Assembly (NCBI RefSeq): GCF_964204645.1
Contig: NC_134026.1
Span: 14,232,150-14,296,149, forward strand
Source: Tubulanus polymorphus
Taxonomy: Eukaryota > Animalia > Nemertea
Reading direction: 5' to 3'
Length of the DNA: 64,000 bases
The position numbers and the translations under genes were made by a program. Within the stretch, counting starts at the first letter, position 1, and each line of letters opens with the position of its first letter. Under the pieces are notes generated by a model, which was not told the DNA's origin, made no database searches, and was given only the letters and a program-made list of their open reading frames with translations. Positions 38,161 through 50,681 of this stretch are shown here, piece after piece.

Positions 38161-41100
38161 CATAACTTTATGGCTATTAATTATTTATAATTTTATGACA
38201 TTGTTTCATCAGGTTTAAATCATCATCAGCTGAATCACCATCTTCTAATTCTTCATCATCTAAAAGTTCTTTATTTTGTTGATTAGTAAATTCAATTATA
38301 TATTTATAAATTTCATTCATTCTTTATTTTCATCGGATTGTTTTTCTATAATTGTTTTAGGTCGTTCTATTCCATTATTTTTATTTAAATGCTCTATATT
38401 GCTCCACATTTCATCTCGCTCTTTTTGTCTCTTTTTATTTGTTATTTCATCAATTATTCATGGAATTATAATATCGATGTTTAAAAAATATAAAATTTTA
38501 TTTAAAAAGAATCCATAATAGATTGAATCTTTTATCTTCTTATCAATACAATAATTTAATATTTTAATAAATGTTTCTTTTATATTACCCATATCTTCTT
38601 TTGTTAATTAAGGGTTTTTATAATGATCGTTTAGTAATAAATATAAATACATTTTCTTTTCTTTTGTGTTACATGTTGATGGAATAATTGTTTTTATTTC
38701 ATATTTCTTTCTTAGTTAGTTCATCATTTTTATTTTCTATTATTTTCATTGTTTCAAGCCATTGCATATATTCTTGTCTTATTGTCTTCTATAGAAAAAT
38801 ATTTTAAAAATTTCATCTAGATATTTTAACTTTGGCTGAATAAGAAAATCACTTGTTTTTTCATCACCCCATAAATTTTTTTGATAGCCACATTCATTAC
38901 GAAATATCATAGAATCGTTTTGTCTTAAGTACTCGTAGATACATTGTGGGCATCTTTTTCATATCTTGGCAATAGATGTACATTAAGCTCTTGGCATTTA
39001 CTTACGTCATCTTTATGTTTTATTATGTGAGTTTGGATTACTTGTTGTATCAATCAATGTACAATATTTACAATAATATGTTTTTCTTACTAATTCATTA
39101 TATTGTTTTTCTAATTTTTGAAGTGTAACTTTATTGTTCGATAACGTTTTCTCATACTTTATTTTTTCTAATAAATTATTTTTTCTTTCATTAATTTCTT
39201 TTTCAAATTTATTGAAAATTTTATTTACATGTACTTCATTAAATTGACGATTCTCCCAATCATCTATACTTTTAGAACTAAATTTTATTCGAAAATGCTC
39301 GCAGAAATAATTTCTTATTTCATTCTTATCATAAAATAAAAAGGTCTTTTCCAAATAATTTCAAGTTCAACTTCAACAGAATTATTATCACGTTACTATC
39401 ACCATTAACCATTAGGTCATTAATTTTAGACTTCTCTTAATGTTTTATTACAATTTGGACAGTTTGTTAGGGTATTTATAATTTTGATCATGTTTTTTTC
39501 ATATGCCAAGGCATATTACTTGTTCTTTGTAGTTCACTACAAATTTCACATTGTATCTTCTCGTCCATTTATTTAGGAAAAATTTATCAAAATCATTTTC
39601 GAGGGGTTCGATGTATTTTTTTTAAAATAATAAATGGTAGATTTAAAAGAATATAGGATATATGTTGATTCTAGAAGACTTACAAATTATAAATCACATA
39701 ATTTATTAATGCAACTGGATTTAAAATTTAAAAATTAGTTATGTAACTCTTTCTGTGTCGGATAAAACTGCTGAACACAGAGCCTTTTTTAATCTTAAAC
39801 CTGGGTTATATAATCTAGATACATTATCACAAGAAATTAATAGCAAAGCCTTGCACAAATTAAGTAGTGATTCGGGTTTGGCAATTGATTTTTAAGCTCT
39901 TAAGTGATAGTTCCAATAGAATTAAGATAAGGTTAGCTCATGATGAAAGACATCAATTTTTAGTAAAAAACCTATAGCTAAACTATTAGTAATTACACCT
40001 GAAAAACTTTACTTAAATGTTGATGCTATGCCTAATTTAACACCTAACACACACTTTTATATATTTATTGTAATTTAATCGAATCTACAAAAACATTTGA
40101 AGCAACTAAATATATATTTTGTGATTCTAGTATATTAAATATATGACAATTAAAAACTATTAAACAATTCAGTACACAAATAAATTATAATTTAGCTAAG
40201 TGTGATTTTAAACCATGTATTCCATTTCCATCTATTTCATTTATAGGAGCAAATGTTATTTCAAATATAATATCTTCTTGAATTGCGTATTTATATAAAG
40301 GTGCATTATTATTTATAAATTCAAAGTCTAATGGAATTTTATATCTGCTTCCATAAATCTTTTTTATTGAATTATCTGTAGCATTAGTTATTATTGCATT
40401 ATTAGCTTCTGATCTTAATTTATCATGGTTTTCTGATTGGATGCCTTGAAATATCATATAATTTCTATTGTTTCTTTTGTTAACCATAAGTCTTTGTAAT
40501 GCATAAATAAATTATAATCATCTAATGAAAAAACTGTTTCTGGTCCAATCTTTAAAGTTAATTTTTTAATCAAATATCTCCCAACATTATCAACAACATA
40601 ATTATTATCATAGCCAGTTACTTTTATATCAGCTGATAAATAAATACTATTTGGAACATAAAAAGTATTTTGATTTAATCTCGGGATTCTTACATATAAA
40701 GTTTCATCAGGATTAATATTTGAGGGATTATGAGTAATTATATGATGATATCTTTCTTCTTTAATAGCATTAGATATTCTAGAATTCTTAGAAGGATTTA
40801 TATAACTCCCTCTCATTTATTTAACAAAAAAATTAATTATTTATTTTTGATCATATTCACTAACCCAAAAATAATAGCACTTACAACCGTTATTAAGAAT
40901 AGAATAATATGTTCCGCAGCAAAACTAATAATATTTCCAGCAGATTTTAATACAAAACCAACAATTGAAGCAATAATTCCAGGTAAAGCTGCATCAGATT
41001 GTTTAAATAGTTCCCATAGATATGTGCCTAATTTCTTTAAACCATCTTTAACTTTATCTTGTATAGAATTATTATTTGGTGGTTTATCCGGTTTGTAAGG

Positions 41101-42342
41101 TGTAGGTGTAGATTTTAATGAATTTGATATTGCTAAACCTATTGTTGTGAATACCATAGTTACAGCTGTTAGAATTGGAAGAATTGTTATACCTTCTACC
41201 TTAAATAATAATTTCAATCTATTTTTTAATGATATTTCAGAATTTGGTTTTATCAACAAATCTTTAAAAACAACTTTCTAATCTATTAATAGTATAATCA
41301 TATGATTTTAATAATAATTTGGTTTCTTCTTTCTGAAATTCTATGTTATATTCTAAATCATCTTTTTCTTTTTCTAAATATGCATTTCTTTTTTTAAATT
41401 CGATTTCTTCAATAACTTTATTATCTCTATCTAATTTTAATTGTTCTATTTCTTTAATTTTATCAGTTCTATCTTTTTCTAAAGTTCTAATTTTAAAATC
41501 TCATACTTTTATCATGCGCAAATTTATCAGCTTTATTTCTTATACTAATAATTTCTCAAATTGCTTTATCAGAAAATATATTTAAATCTTCTAATTGTTG
41601 ATCTGTTGCGACAAGTAACCCATTTGGTAAAAGTTTTTCAGATTGAACTCTTCTTGAATTAGGTTTACTAGTTTTTGAAGTTATATTCTGTTCAGAAGTT
41701 GTTTCTATTAACATTTTCTATTTCATTACTATTTCTTATTCTTTCAATTCTAGATAGGTTTAACTTAAGCAAAGTTGATTCTGCTAATATTTTGTTTTGT
41801 TTTTTATAACTTTGCGCGTAGTAGCACATGCCCGTAGTAGCACATGTGGGTCAACATATCCATGCTGTGAGTTGACCCCTAGGTGGCTCTCTTTCAAAAA
41901 ACGGAATGTAATGAACTGATTTCGGGTGAAATCTTTGCTCGCATCTCTGAACGACATTCTATCCAGAAAGGCAGAAACCCGTTATCGCTGCTTGCAGCTA
42001 TATTATTCTTATAAGATTTCTTAGAATTTATTTTAGGAAAAAAGTGAAAAAAAATATTATAATTATTTTTCAAATGATACTAGTAACTCTTTGGGTTAAT
42101 ACTAGCTAGTTAAAGAATTCTATTATTAACTAAGAAATATTAGATTTGAATATCTATTGGAAGTTATGTAATTTCTATTCAAATCTTATCAAAATCTATT
42201 AAATCTAGTGTTAATTAGAATTGAATAAGAATATATTAAAAATATAATAGAATTCAATAGTTAGTTAAGGATATGTAATTTTTAATACTTTCTATTAGAT
42301 TAGGAATGATTTCATAATCATATATTTATTATGCAAATTGTA

Positions 42343-42408
42343 TTGATTTCAACATTCCTCACCGGGCTTCCGAAGCCCGGTAAGGTATGCGTGGAATGTT
42401 GAAATCAA
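42343..42408. repeat. Small nested palindrome
   Basis: TTGATTTCAACATTCC / GGAATGTTGAAATCAA enclosing ACCGGGCTTC-C-GAAGCCCGGT. Confidence 0.8.
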
Positions 42409-42705
42409 CATAGTATAATAAAACAGCTGTTAGTAATTAGAAGATGGCGTTTTCATACCAGAGTACTCGAGTACTAGACACCACTCATCACCACAAGTAT
42501 TTTTTTTTCCTTACAAATTGGGGAGAATGAACACCAGCCAGAAAACAATAATGTTAATAAAAATCAATATTATTGCCAATATTGTAAAAAATACATCGAT
42601 AAATCTAATAAATCTCATCATGAAAAATCTGCAAATCATATAAAAAATGTAATAGATTTTGAAACTCCAGAAAATTCCAATGAAAGAAAAGAACGATTAG
42701 AAAAT

Positions 42706-43090
42706 ATGAATGTGGATGAAATAAAATGTGAAGTTTGTAATGAATTTATAACAAAAAGGAATTATAAAAGACATCTCGAATCACAAAAACACCATCAAAC
42801 TTTGAGTAATAATGTTTCAGGAAAAGATTTTTTTGATGATAAACCTCAAAAAGTAAAAAAACCAACTTCAAAAACTAAATCCATTTCAAATAAACCTTAC
42901 ATGGAAAATGTTAGAAATTATATTGATTCACTAGAAATAAAAGATACAATTGAAATTTTAGAAACATTACATAGTAAAATTGGTCCTGCGGCTATTATAT
43001 TTAGATTCTTTAAAGGAACAACAATAGAAGATTATAGTAAATTTAATGAAATAATAGAAAAAATACTAGATTTGATAACAGATGTTATCA
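42706..43090 (+). pseudogene. pPolB N-terminal zinc-finger remnant, cut by deletion
   Basis: Matches 357-735 up to ITDV, then jumps into the 3' end of the opposite-strand gene. Confidence 0.75.
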
Positions 43091-44405
43091 AATCAATATC
43101 ATCATACTCGAAATCACTATTGGCTTCTTCATTTTCATTTAATTGTTCTTGTATAATTTGTTTAGGTTCTTCCATTTCATTTTTCTCATTTAAATATATT
43201 TCTATCTTGTACCACATTTCATCTCGCTCTCTTTGTTTCTTTTTGTTCGTTAATTCATCAAATGGAATTATAATATCGATGTTTAAAAAATTTACAATCA
43301 TATTTAAAAAGAATTCATAATTTATTGAATCTGTTATTCTATTTTCCAAATGAAACATTAATATTTGTTTAAATATTTTTTTTTATATTTTCCATATCTT
43401 CTTCTGTTAATTTAGGTTTTTCATAATAATCGTTAAATAATAAATATAAATACATTTTCTTTTGTTTTGTGTTAAATGTTGACGGAATAATTGTTTTTAT
43501 AATATCTTTTTTAGTTATTTCACCATTTTTATTTTCTATTATTTTCATTTTTTCAAGCCATTGCATATATTCTGGTGTATGATCTTCTATAGAAAATATT
43601 TTAAGAATTTCATCTAGATAATCTAATTTTGGATCTATGAGAAAATTTCTAGTTTTTTCTTCACTCCATAAATTCTTTTGCCATCCACAATCAACACAAA
43701 ATAACACAGTACCTTCTTGTCTTAAGGATAACTACATTGTGGACATTTTCGTTTATAATTTATTGGTAATAGATCTTCATTAAGCTCTTAGTATTTTCTT
43801 ACGTTTTCTTTATGTTTTATTGTTCTATTATGTAGATTTGAATTACTTGTTGTAATAATCAATTTACAATATTTACAATAATATGTTTTTCTTGTCAATT
43901 CATTATATTGTTTTTCTAACTTTTCAACTGTTTCTTTATTATCTGGTAACGTTTTCTCATATTTTATTTTTTCTGATATATCATTTTTTCTTTCATTGAA
44001 TTCAGTTTCAAATTTATTAGAAATTTTATCTATATGTGCTTTACGAAATTGATGATTCTCCCAATCTTCTATATTTTCAGGGCTATATTTTATTCGACAA
44101 GGCTCGCAGAAATGATCTTTTATATTATCCTTATCATAGAATAAGAAAGGTCTTTTCCAAATAATTTCAGGTTCAACATCAACAGAATTACTATTACTTT
44201 CGTTACTATCAACATTAACCGTTGTGTTAGTAATTTTGCACTTCTCTGAATGTTTTTTAACATAATTTCTTGAGAATAATTTATTACATTTTGGACAGTT
44301 TAGTTTAGGGGGTTTATAATTTTCTTCATGTTTTTTCATATGTCGAGCCATATTACTTTTTCTTAGAAGTTCACCACAAATTTCTCATGGTATCTTCTCA
44401 TCCAT
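43090..44405 (-). pseudogene. Multi-zinc-finger protein gene(s), broken by stops
   Basis: Several CxxC...H...H/C motifs in ORFs 43788-44351 and 43369-43707; likely start TAAATG at 44405; homolog at ~38200-39568. Confidence 0.6.
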
Positions 44406-44473
44406 TTATTAAGGAAAAATTTTATTAAAATTAATTTTTAGTGATGAGCGGTAATTTTTTTATGTTATAGATA

Positions 44474-45145
44474 ATGGTAGAATTAAAAGAATACAGAATA
44501 TTTGTTGATTCTAGAAAACTTACAAATTATAAATCACATAATTTACTAGTTCAATTAGATAGAGAATTTAAGAATTGTGTTGATTTAAAATTAGTAAATA
44601 TAAGTTTATGTAACTCATTTTACAATATATCAGATAAAACTGATGAACATAGAACCCTTTTTATTTTTGATAATCTTGATAAAAAATGGTATCAACTTAT
44701 GCTTATACCAGGATTATATAATTTAGAAACATTAGTGCAAGAAATTAATAGAAAAGCTCGGAATGGATTAGGTAATGGTAATTCTAAATTTAATATTAAA
44801 TTAATAAAAAGTGAGATCTCTAATAAAATTAAAATAAAGTTTGATGATGAAATGATTAAATCTAATGTATTTATGATAAAAAGACATACTTTCATGGTAA
44901 AAAAACCTTTTGCTAAACTGTTAGGAATTACTCCAAATAATTTTATTGATGGAAACATACACGTTAACTCAAATATAATACCTTTTACACACTTTTATAT
45001 TTATAATTTAGCTGAATGTGATTTTAAACCTTGTATTCCACATTTCAATAATTTTAAATTAGAAATAAGAAATCATAATGGTTATTTAATTGATTTGAAT
45101 AATTTTCCTGTGATATATGCATTAGTTATAAGATGTAGAGAGTAA
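44474..45145 (+). CDS. Putative minor capsid (penton-like) protein, with in-frame internal deletion near 45003
   Basis: Motif pattern VDSR / NSFYNI / PGLYN / AKLLGI / IRNHNGYLIDLNNFPV..L; lacks the YCNL...LP segment present in copies A-C. Confidence 0.6.
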   Translation: MVELKEYRIFVDSRKLTNYKSHNLLVQLDREFKNCVDLKLVNISLCNSFYNISDKTDEHRTLFIFDNLDKKWYQLMLIPGLYNLETLVQEINRKARNGLGNGNSKFNIKLIKSEISNKIKIKFDDEMIKSNVFMIKRHTFMVKKPFAKLLGITPNNFIDGNIHVNSNIIPFTHFYIYNLAECDFKPCIPHFNNFKLEIRNHNGYLIDLNNFPVIYALVIRCRE

Positions 45146-45161
45146 TTTTTTCATTATATAA

Positions 45162-45485
45162 ATGAATATAACTGTTGGACCGAGTATATGTTTTGGATTT
45201 GATTTTAAACGTGAGAAAGAAATGAAATTTAACATTAATGATGTAATTATACATATCAAAAATATTGCATTTTCTAATGAAACAACATTTGAGTATGAAA
45301 CAACAAAAGATAAAGAAACTTTAAATGTAGAAAAGATTACTAATTTAATTAGAGAATCTTTAAGATTTTATGAATTAGATGAAGATTTTATCATCGATGA
45401 TATTAAAAAAATAATAATTGAAATATATACAAATGAAAATAGTAATGAAATAAATGTTGATTTGATCATAAATAAGTTAACTTAA
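45162..45485 (+). CDS. Polinton hypothetical protein
   Basis: Homologs at ~5905-6245 and 18317-18665; TAAATG start. Confidence 0.6.
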   Translation: MNITVGPSICFGFDFKREKEMKFNINDVIIHIKNIAFSNETTFEYETTKDKETLNVEKITNLIRESLRFYELDEDFIIDDIKKIIIEIYTNENSNEINVDLIINKLT

Positions 45486-45519
45486 TATTTTGAAGATAGT
45501 ATTTTTTTTTGATTAATAA

Positions 45520-45741
45520 ATGAGTGATAATAAGTGGATAATAACTGGATTATATAATGGAGCATTACTATCAGTTGGAACTGTTGGTTATTCAATGGTA
45601 TTAAAAAAGGTATTCAAAATGGGAAGTGTTAATGTTGATAGATTTGATATCAATGATATTTTAAAATTAACATTAGCAGTTACTTTATCTAATTTAACTA
45701 TTGATTATTTAGAAAAACAAAAATATATTCCTCCCATATAA
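45520..45741 (+). CDS. Small hydrophobic (two-helix) protein
   Basis: Near-identical open copies at 6242 and 18666. Confidence 0.75.
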   Translation: MSDNKWIITGLYNGALLSVGTVGYSMVLKKVFKMGSVNVDRFDINDILKLTLAVTLSNLTIDYLEKQKYIPPI

Positions 45742-45765
45742 ATACATAATTTTTTTGTTAAATAA

Positions 45766-46188
45766 ATGGCTTCTGCAATTATAACTATTATAGGATCGGC
45801 AATTGTTAACGCTTTAGCATTTACTGGTGGTGGATATTTATTTAAGCATATTGATAAAAATGGATCATTAACAGAACAAAAAAGACATAACTTAGCATTA
45901 GAGAAATATAATAAAGCAGCAGAAGAATATAGAGAAAAAAGACAAAACTATATGGATTATATTAACAAGGAATTATATGATCAGAAGATTTCACATAGAG
46001 ATTTTCAATCAGTTGATGATGCAATGAGTTTATATAACGCGGTAACCAATAAAGAAAAATTACATCTATACAAACCTAATTTATCAGATTATTATACCCC
46101 AAGTAAAGAACAACAGAAATATGAAATAATTTGGATTTTAGGCGGAACAGTTATTGTTATATTTGTAGCATATAAATTTACTAATTAG
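45766..46188 (+). CDS. Protein with N-terminal hydrophobic segment, coiled coil and C-terminal TM
   Basis: Intact 140 aa; homologs at 6484 and 18900. Confidence 0.75.
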   Translation: MASAIITIIGSAIVNALAFTGGGYLFKHIDKNGSLTEQKRHNLALEKYNKAAEEYREKRQNYMDYINKELYDQKISHRDFQSVDDAMSLYNAVTNKEKLHLYKPNLSDYYTPSKEQQKYEIIWILGGTVIVIFVAYKFTN

Positions 46189-46208
46189 TAATTTATTTTT
46201 CTAAATAA

Positions 46209-46634
46209 ATGGAAGATAATATTGATATTATTCCTCATGATATAAATAAAACTAAATTAAAAATATATTTAGAAAAACAAATATCAGAATTTGAAAGTGA
46301 TTTAAAAGTTAAAAAGAAAAAATATTTAAAAAGTAAAATTATATATTATTTGATTATAAGTGGTTCGGTTACAATTAGTTCTGTAATAACATTTCTAGCA
46401 ATATTCAGTCCATTAACACCTTTAGCTATATCAATTGGTGTGTTAGGATTATGTTCAAGTGTTTTAACTGGTATAAGTTCAAAATTAAATATAAAAAGTA
46501 ATAAAGAAAAAATTAAAACTAATATAAAAGAAATTAATAGATTAAAGAATACACTAGATTATGTAATGAGTTTAAATGGTCATATAACAGTTGAAGAACA
46601 AGATAAATTATTAAAAGAATTAGTTAATTATTAA
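46209..46634 (+). CDS. Two-TM protein flanked by coiled coils
   Basis: Intact 141 aa; homologs at 6925 and ~19307. Confidence 0.75.
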   Translation: MEDNIDIIPHDINKTKLKIYLEKQISEFESDLKVKKKKYLKSKIIYYLIISGSVTISSVITFLAIFSPLTPLAISIGVLGLCSSVLTGISSKLNIKSNKEKIKTNIKEINRLKNTLDYVMSLNGHITVEEQDKLLKELVNY

Positions 46635-46650
46635 TTTTTTTATTATATAA

Positions 46651-47907
46651 ATGGGGTTTCCAAAAGCTTTCCAATATAATAAATCACATGAATATTATAA
46701 ATATAATACTCCAGCAATAGATTTTAGTAACATGATAATATATAAAAATTTAGTTTTACCTTCATTGATTAATTTAGAAATTTATGTTACTGAAACAAAC
46801 TATTTTATTTCTAAAATGGAAAATATATTTAATACATATGAAGTTACTTTTACTCGAGATGAATATAATATATATAAAGTAAAATCTAATATGAAATATT
46901 GGCAGAATCAATTAAATTTTGCTGTTCATTGTGCAACAGCTGGTTGTGGTGTAAGTTGGCATGATCACTTGAATAACTTAGATAAAAATTTGAAATATTC
47001 TGATTTAAAATTCATTCATACAATATTTAGATTTCATGTATACTTTCAAATTAGAATTATATTAAATGAATTAGAATGCCCTATACCTGGATCAAAATAT
47101 TTTAAAGAATTGGATAATAATATTAATCTATCTAAGTTTTATAAAATATGTAATGAATTTAATATAAATATTAATTTCGATTTTAGAGCGCATGGTAAAT
47201 TGCAAGGTGTTGGTGAAGAGTATGAAATAAAAAGAATTGATTATATGCATAGAATTTCAGCTTATCATAATTATAAAATTGATAATAATAATGGTTGGGT
47301 TTATTTTATTGAATCTTATAGTGAAGGATTTACAAAACCTGGAATACAAAGAATAAATCAATCAATTAGAACTTATTTGATATGTATTTTAGGTGCGCAA
47401 GTTGAAACAAGATCACCAATAGTTGGAAATAATAGTACTTCATTTGATGCGCAGAAACAATTTAAAGTATTATTTGAAGATTCCATTCATAATGATAAAA
47501 AGAGATCGATTCCAGAAAACATTGTAAGATATCAAAATTATTTAGATAAATCTCATGTAAGACTAAATTATTGTATAGGCCCTAATCTATTAATTATTTC
47601 TAATGATTTAGTATTAAAGATGGGAAATATAATTGGTTATAATAATCTAATTAAAACTGCAACAATAAATAATTCAATTGGATTAAATGATATAAATAAA
47701 AAGATTATTACTGCTCCAAAATTAATGGAAGGTGAAAAAAATAAAAAACACATTCAATCAACAGAAACTAAAACTAAGAATATTAAATTGGATAATGATT
47801 CCAAAATAAAAGATTACAATACTACAGAAATACTACATGAAAATACTAAATTAGCTTTAACTTGTATAGGAATTGTTATAGGAGCAATATTATATTTTAA
47901 ATTTTGA
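46651..47907 (+). CDS. 418-aa conserved unknown protein with C-terminal TM anchor
   Basis: Intact ORF; homologs at ~7370-8600 and 19755-21075. Confidence 0.8.
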   Translation: MGFPKAFQYNKSHEYYKYNTPAIDFSNMIIYKNLVLPSLINLEIYVTETNYFISKMENIFNTYEVTFTRDEYNIYKVKSNMKYWQNQLNFAVHCATAGCGVSWHDHLNNLDKNLKYSDLKFIHTIFRFHVYFQIRIILNELECPIPGSKYFKELDNNINLSKFYKICNEFNININFDFRAHGKLQGVGEEYEIKRIDYMHRISAYHNYKIDNNNGWVYFIESYSEGFTKPGIQRINQSIRTYLICILGAQVETRSPIVGNNSTSFDAQKQFKVLFEDSIHNDKKRSIPENIVRYQNYLDKSHVRLNYCIGPNLLIISNDLVLKMGNIIGYNNLIKTATINNSIGLNDINKKIITAPKLMEGEKNKKHIQSTETKTKNIKLDNDSKIKDYNTTEILHENTKLALTCIGIVIGAILYFKF

Positions 47908-47922
47908 TTTTTTATTATATAA

Positions 47923-49383
47923 ATGGGTGTAGAATGTGGAGAAGATATTGGAATAGATAATTTTGATGAACCTGGCATAACTGATGAACAACAACCTGAT
48001 TTTAGTGAAAAAAGTTTTAATGACGGTAATAAGCCAGGATATAATAATAATTTAAATATGCCTGATTATATTAAAAATGCAGAATCACAATTAAATCCTG
48101 AAAATTTAGACCCAGATTTAGTAAAACAAGATTTAGATAATTTAAACAAAATACCTAAATTAGAAGATTTAATTGAAAAATCTAAACTTAACATAAATGA
48201 TGAAGACGTTGGACTTTTAGCAGATCAATTAAAATTTTTATATAATGGTAAATGTTATTATCGTTTGAAAGGTGATTATTATATTGATATCACTTATAAA
48301 AATAATAAAAATAAAATATTATCAGAATCAACTTAAGAAAAATTAAAACCAGATAGAATTAAAATAATAAGTAATAGTAATGAAATAACTGATGTTACAC
48401 AAAAAGAAAAAGATGATAATATAGACGTATTTAAACAAAGAATTAATGAGTTATTTGACAAAATCAAAAAGAAATCAGAAACAGAAACAACTTCTGAACA
48501 GAATAAAACTTCCAAAACTAGTAAACTTAAATCAAATAAAGTTCCAATTGAAAAACTTTTACCGAATGGATTAATTGATGCAACAGATCAACAATTCGAA
48601 GATTTAAATAATATATTTTCTGTTGAAGCAAATAGAGAAATTAAAAGTATAAGACTTGCATCTGATAAAATTGAGCATGATAAAAGTATAAGAGATTTAA
48701 AAATTAGAACTTTAGAAGATGAATTTTTTAAATCAAGAAAATGATCGGAACAACTAAAATTAGATAGAGATAATAAAGTTATTGAAGAAATCGAATTTAA
48801 AAAAAGAAATGCGTATTTAGAAAAAGAAAAAGATGATTTAGAATATAACATAGAATTACAAAAAGAAGAAATTAAATTATTGTTAAAATCATATGATTAT
48901 AATATAAATAGATTAAAAGTTATTTTTAAAGATTTGTTGATAAAACCAAATTCTGAAATATCATTGAAAGATAGAATAAAATTATTATTTAAATTAGAAG
49001 GAATAACAATTCTTTCAATTCTAACAGCTGTAACTATGTTATTTACAACAATTTGTTTAGCTATATCAAATGCTTTGAAATCTACTCCTACTCCCAATAA
49101 ACCAGATAAACCCCCAGATAATAATTCTATACAAGATAAAGTTAAAGATGGTTTAAAGAAATTAGCAAAATATTTATGGGAACTATCAAAGAAATCTGCT
49201 GCAGCATTACCAGGAATTATTGCATCAATTGTTGGTTTTATATTGAAATCTGCAGGAAACATTATTAACTTTGCTGCTGAGCATATTATTTTATTTTTAA
49301 TTACAGTTGTAAGTGCTATTATTTTTGGGTTAGTGAATATGATATCAAAAAGATATCAAGAACAAAATAATAAAAATAAATAA
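47923..49383 (+). pseudogene. Acidic/coiled-coil protein with C-terminal hydrophobic helices; two in-frame stops
   Basis: ORFs 47923-48336 and 48880-49383 are in the same frame; homologs at 21076-22775 and 40837-41810 (-). Confidence 0.7.
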
Positions 49384-49403
49384 TTAATTTTTTTATTAAA
49401 TAA

Positions 49404-50651
49404 ATGAGTGGGAGTTATATAAGTCCTTCTAAGATTTCTAGAATATCTAATGCTATTAAAGCAGAAAGATCACATCATATAATTACACATAATCCTTCAA
49501 ATATTAATCCCGATGAAACTTTATATGTTAGAATTCCTAGATTAACACAAAATACTTTTTATGTTCCAAATAGTATTTATTTATCAGCTGATATAAAAGT
49601 AACTGGTCATGATAATAATTATGTTGTTGATAATGTTGGGAGATATTTGATTAAAAAATTAACAATAAAGATTGGGTCTAGAAACAGTTTTCTCATTAGA
49701 TGATTATAATTTATTTATGCATTATAAAGATTTATGGTTAACTAAAGAAAATAGAAATAATATGATATTTCAGGGTATTCAATCGGAAAACCATAATAAA
49801 TTAAGATCAGGAGCTAATGACGCAATAGTAACTCGTGCCACAGATAATTTGATTAAAAAGTTTTGTGGAAGCAAATATAAAATTCCATTAGACTTTGAAT
49901 TGATAAATAATAATGCACCTTTATATAAATACGCAATTCAAGAAGATATTATATTTGAGATAACATTGATCCTGTAAATGAAATTGTATTATCTAGCGTT
50001 GTTAAAGATATGGGTTATAAATTATCAAATATATGTTTAGAATATAACACAGTAACTAATGAAAATATTGCTAGCACAATTCAAACTCAATACAATCAAG
50101 GATTTTCATTATTATATGATTATATTGATAAATTTAAAACTGTAACTATTAATGCAAATGTTGAAATAATTAATGAGAATATTAACTTCCCAAGAAGATC
50201 TATTAAAGGTATATTAATATTTTTTACCATTGCAACATATTCTAATGGTGCAATAAAGGTAGATATTTATTATAATCCTGAAATAACAAAAGTAGAAATA
50301 ACTATCGAAGGAATAGCAAATAAAATATTTTGTCAAGGAATGAGAATGATAGATCAGTGGCCAGAAATTAGAAAACATTTTTTGAATGAAAAAGTAAAAT
50401 CATTTGAAAATTGTAATATTAATCAAATTGATTATTATACCGGCAATAAATACGCATTATGGTTAGATTTTAGAACAACAGAGGATAATTCATTACATGG
50501 TTCTGGGAAAAAACTACAAAATACAAAAGATGAAATACAATTATTCATGAAAAAGAAAAAAGGAAGCTTAAATTTTAAAATGCCCATTTATATTATATCT
50601 GACGCGCAATTAAATATTGTAAATTCACAATTAGATAGTATTCAATATTAG
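49404..50651 (+). pseudogene. Putative major capsid protein (double jelly-roll), two frameshifts
   Basis: Three ORFs join to ~415 aa, beta-rich, conserved in three copies, next to integrase and ATPase; the fold is inferred. Confidence 0.6.
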
Positions 50652-50681
50652 AAATATAAAGTTAAAATTAAGGATATATAA

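Larger units (their letters stand above)
35110..41810. mobile_element. Polinton copy C, rearranged, no TIRs: pPolB (+), zinc-finger gene (-), penton-like gene (+, 39634-40225), inverted capsid and variable-gene piece (-, 40230-41810)
   Basis: Homology to copies A and D; strand switch at ~40228. Confidence 0.85.

Noticed and set aside
43090-43320. C-terminal half of ORF 42706-43320 as a novel fusion protein
   Set aside because: Antisense read-through across a deletion junction
48897-49262. Antisense ORFs over Polinton genes (also 40730-41098, 44692-44958, 21558-21839, 2187-2378)
   Set aside because: Shadows of real genes on the other strand; not conserved between copies
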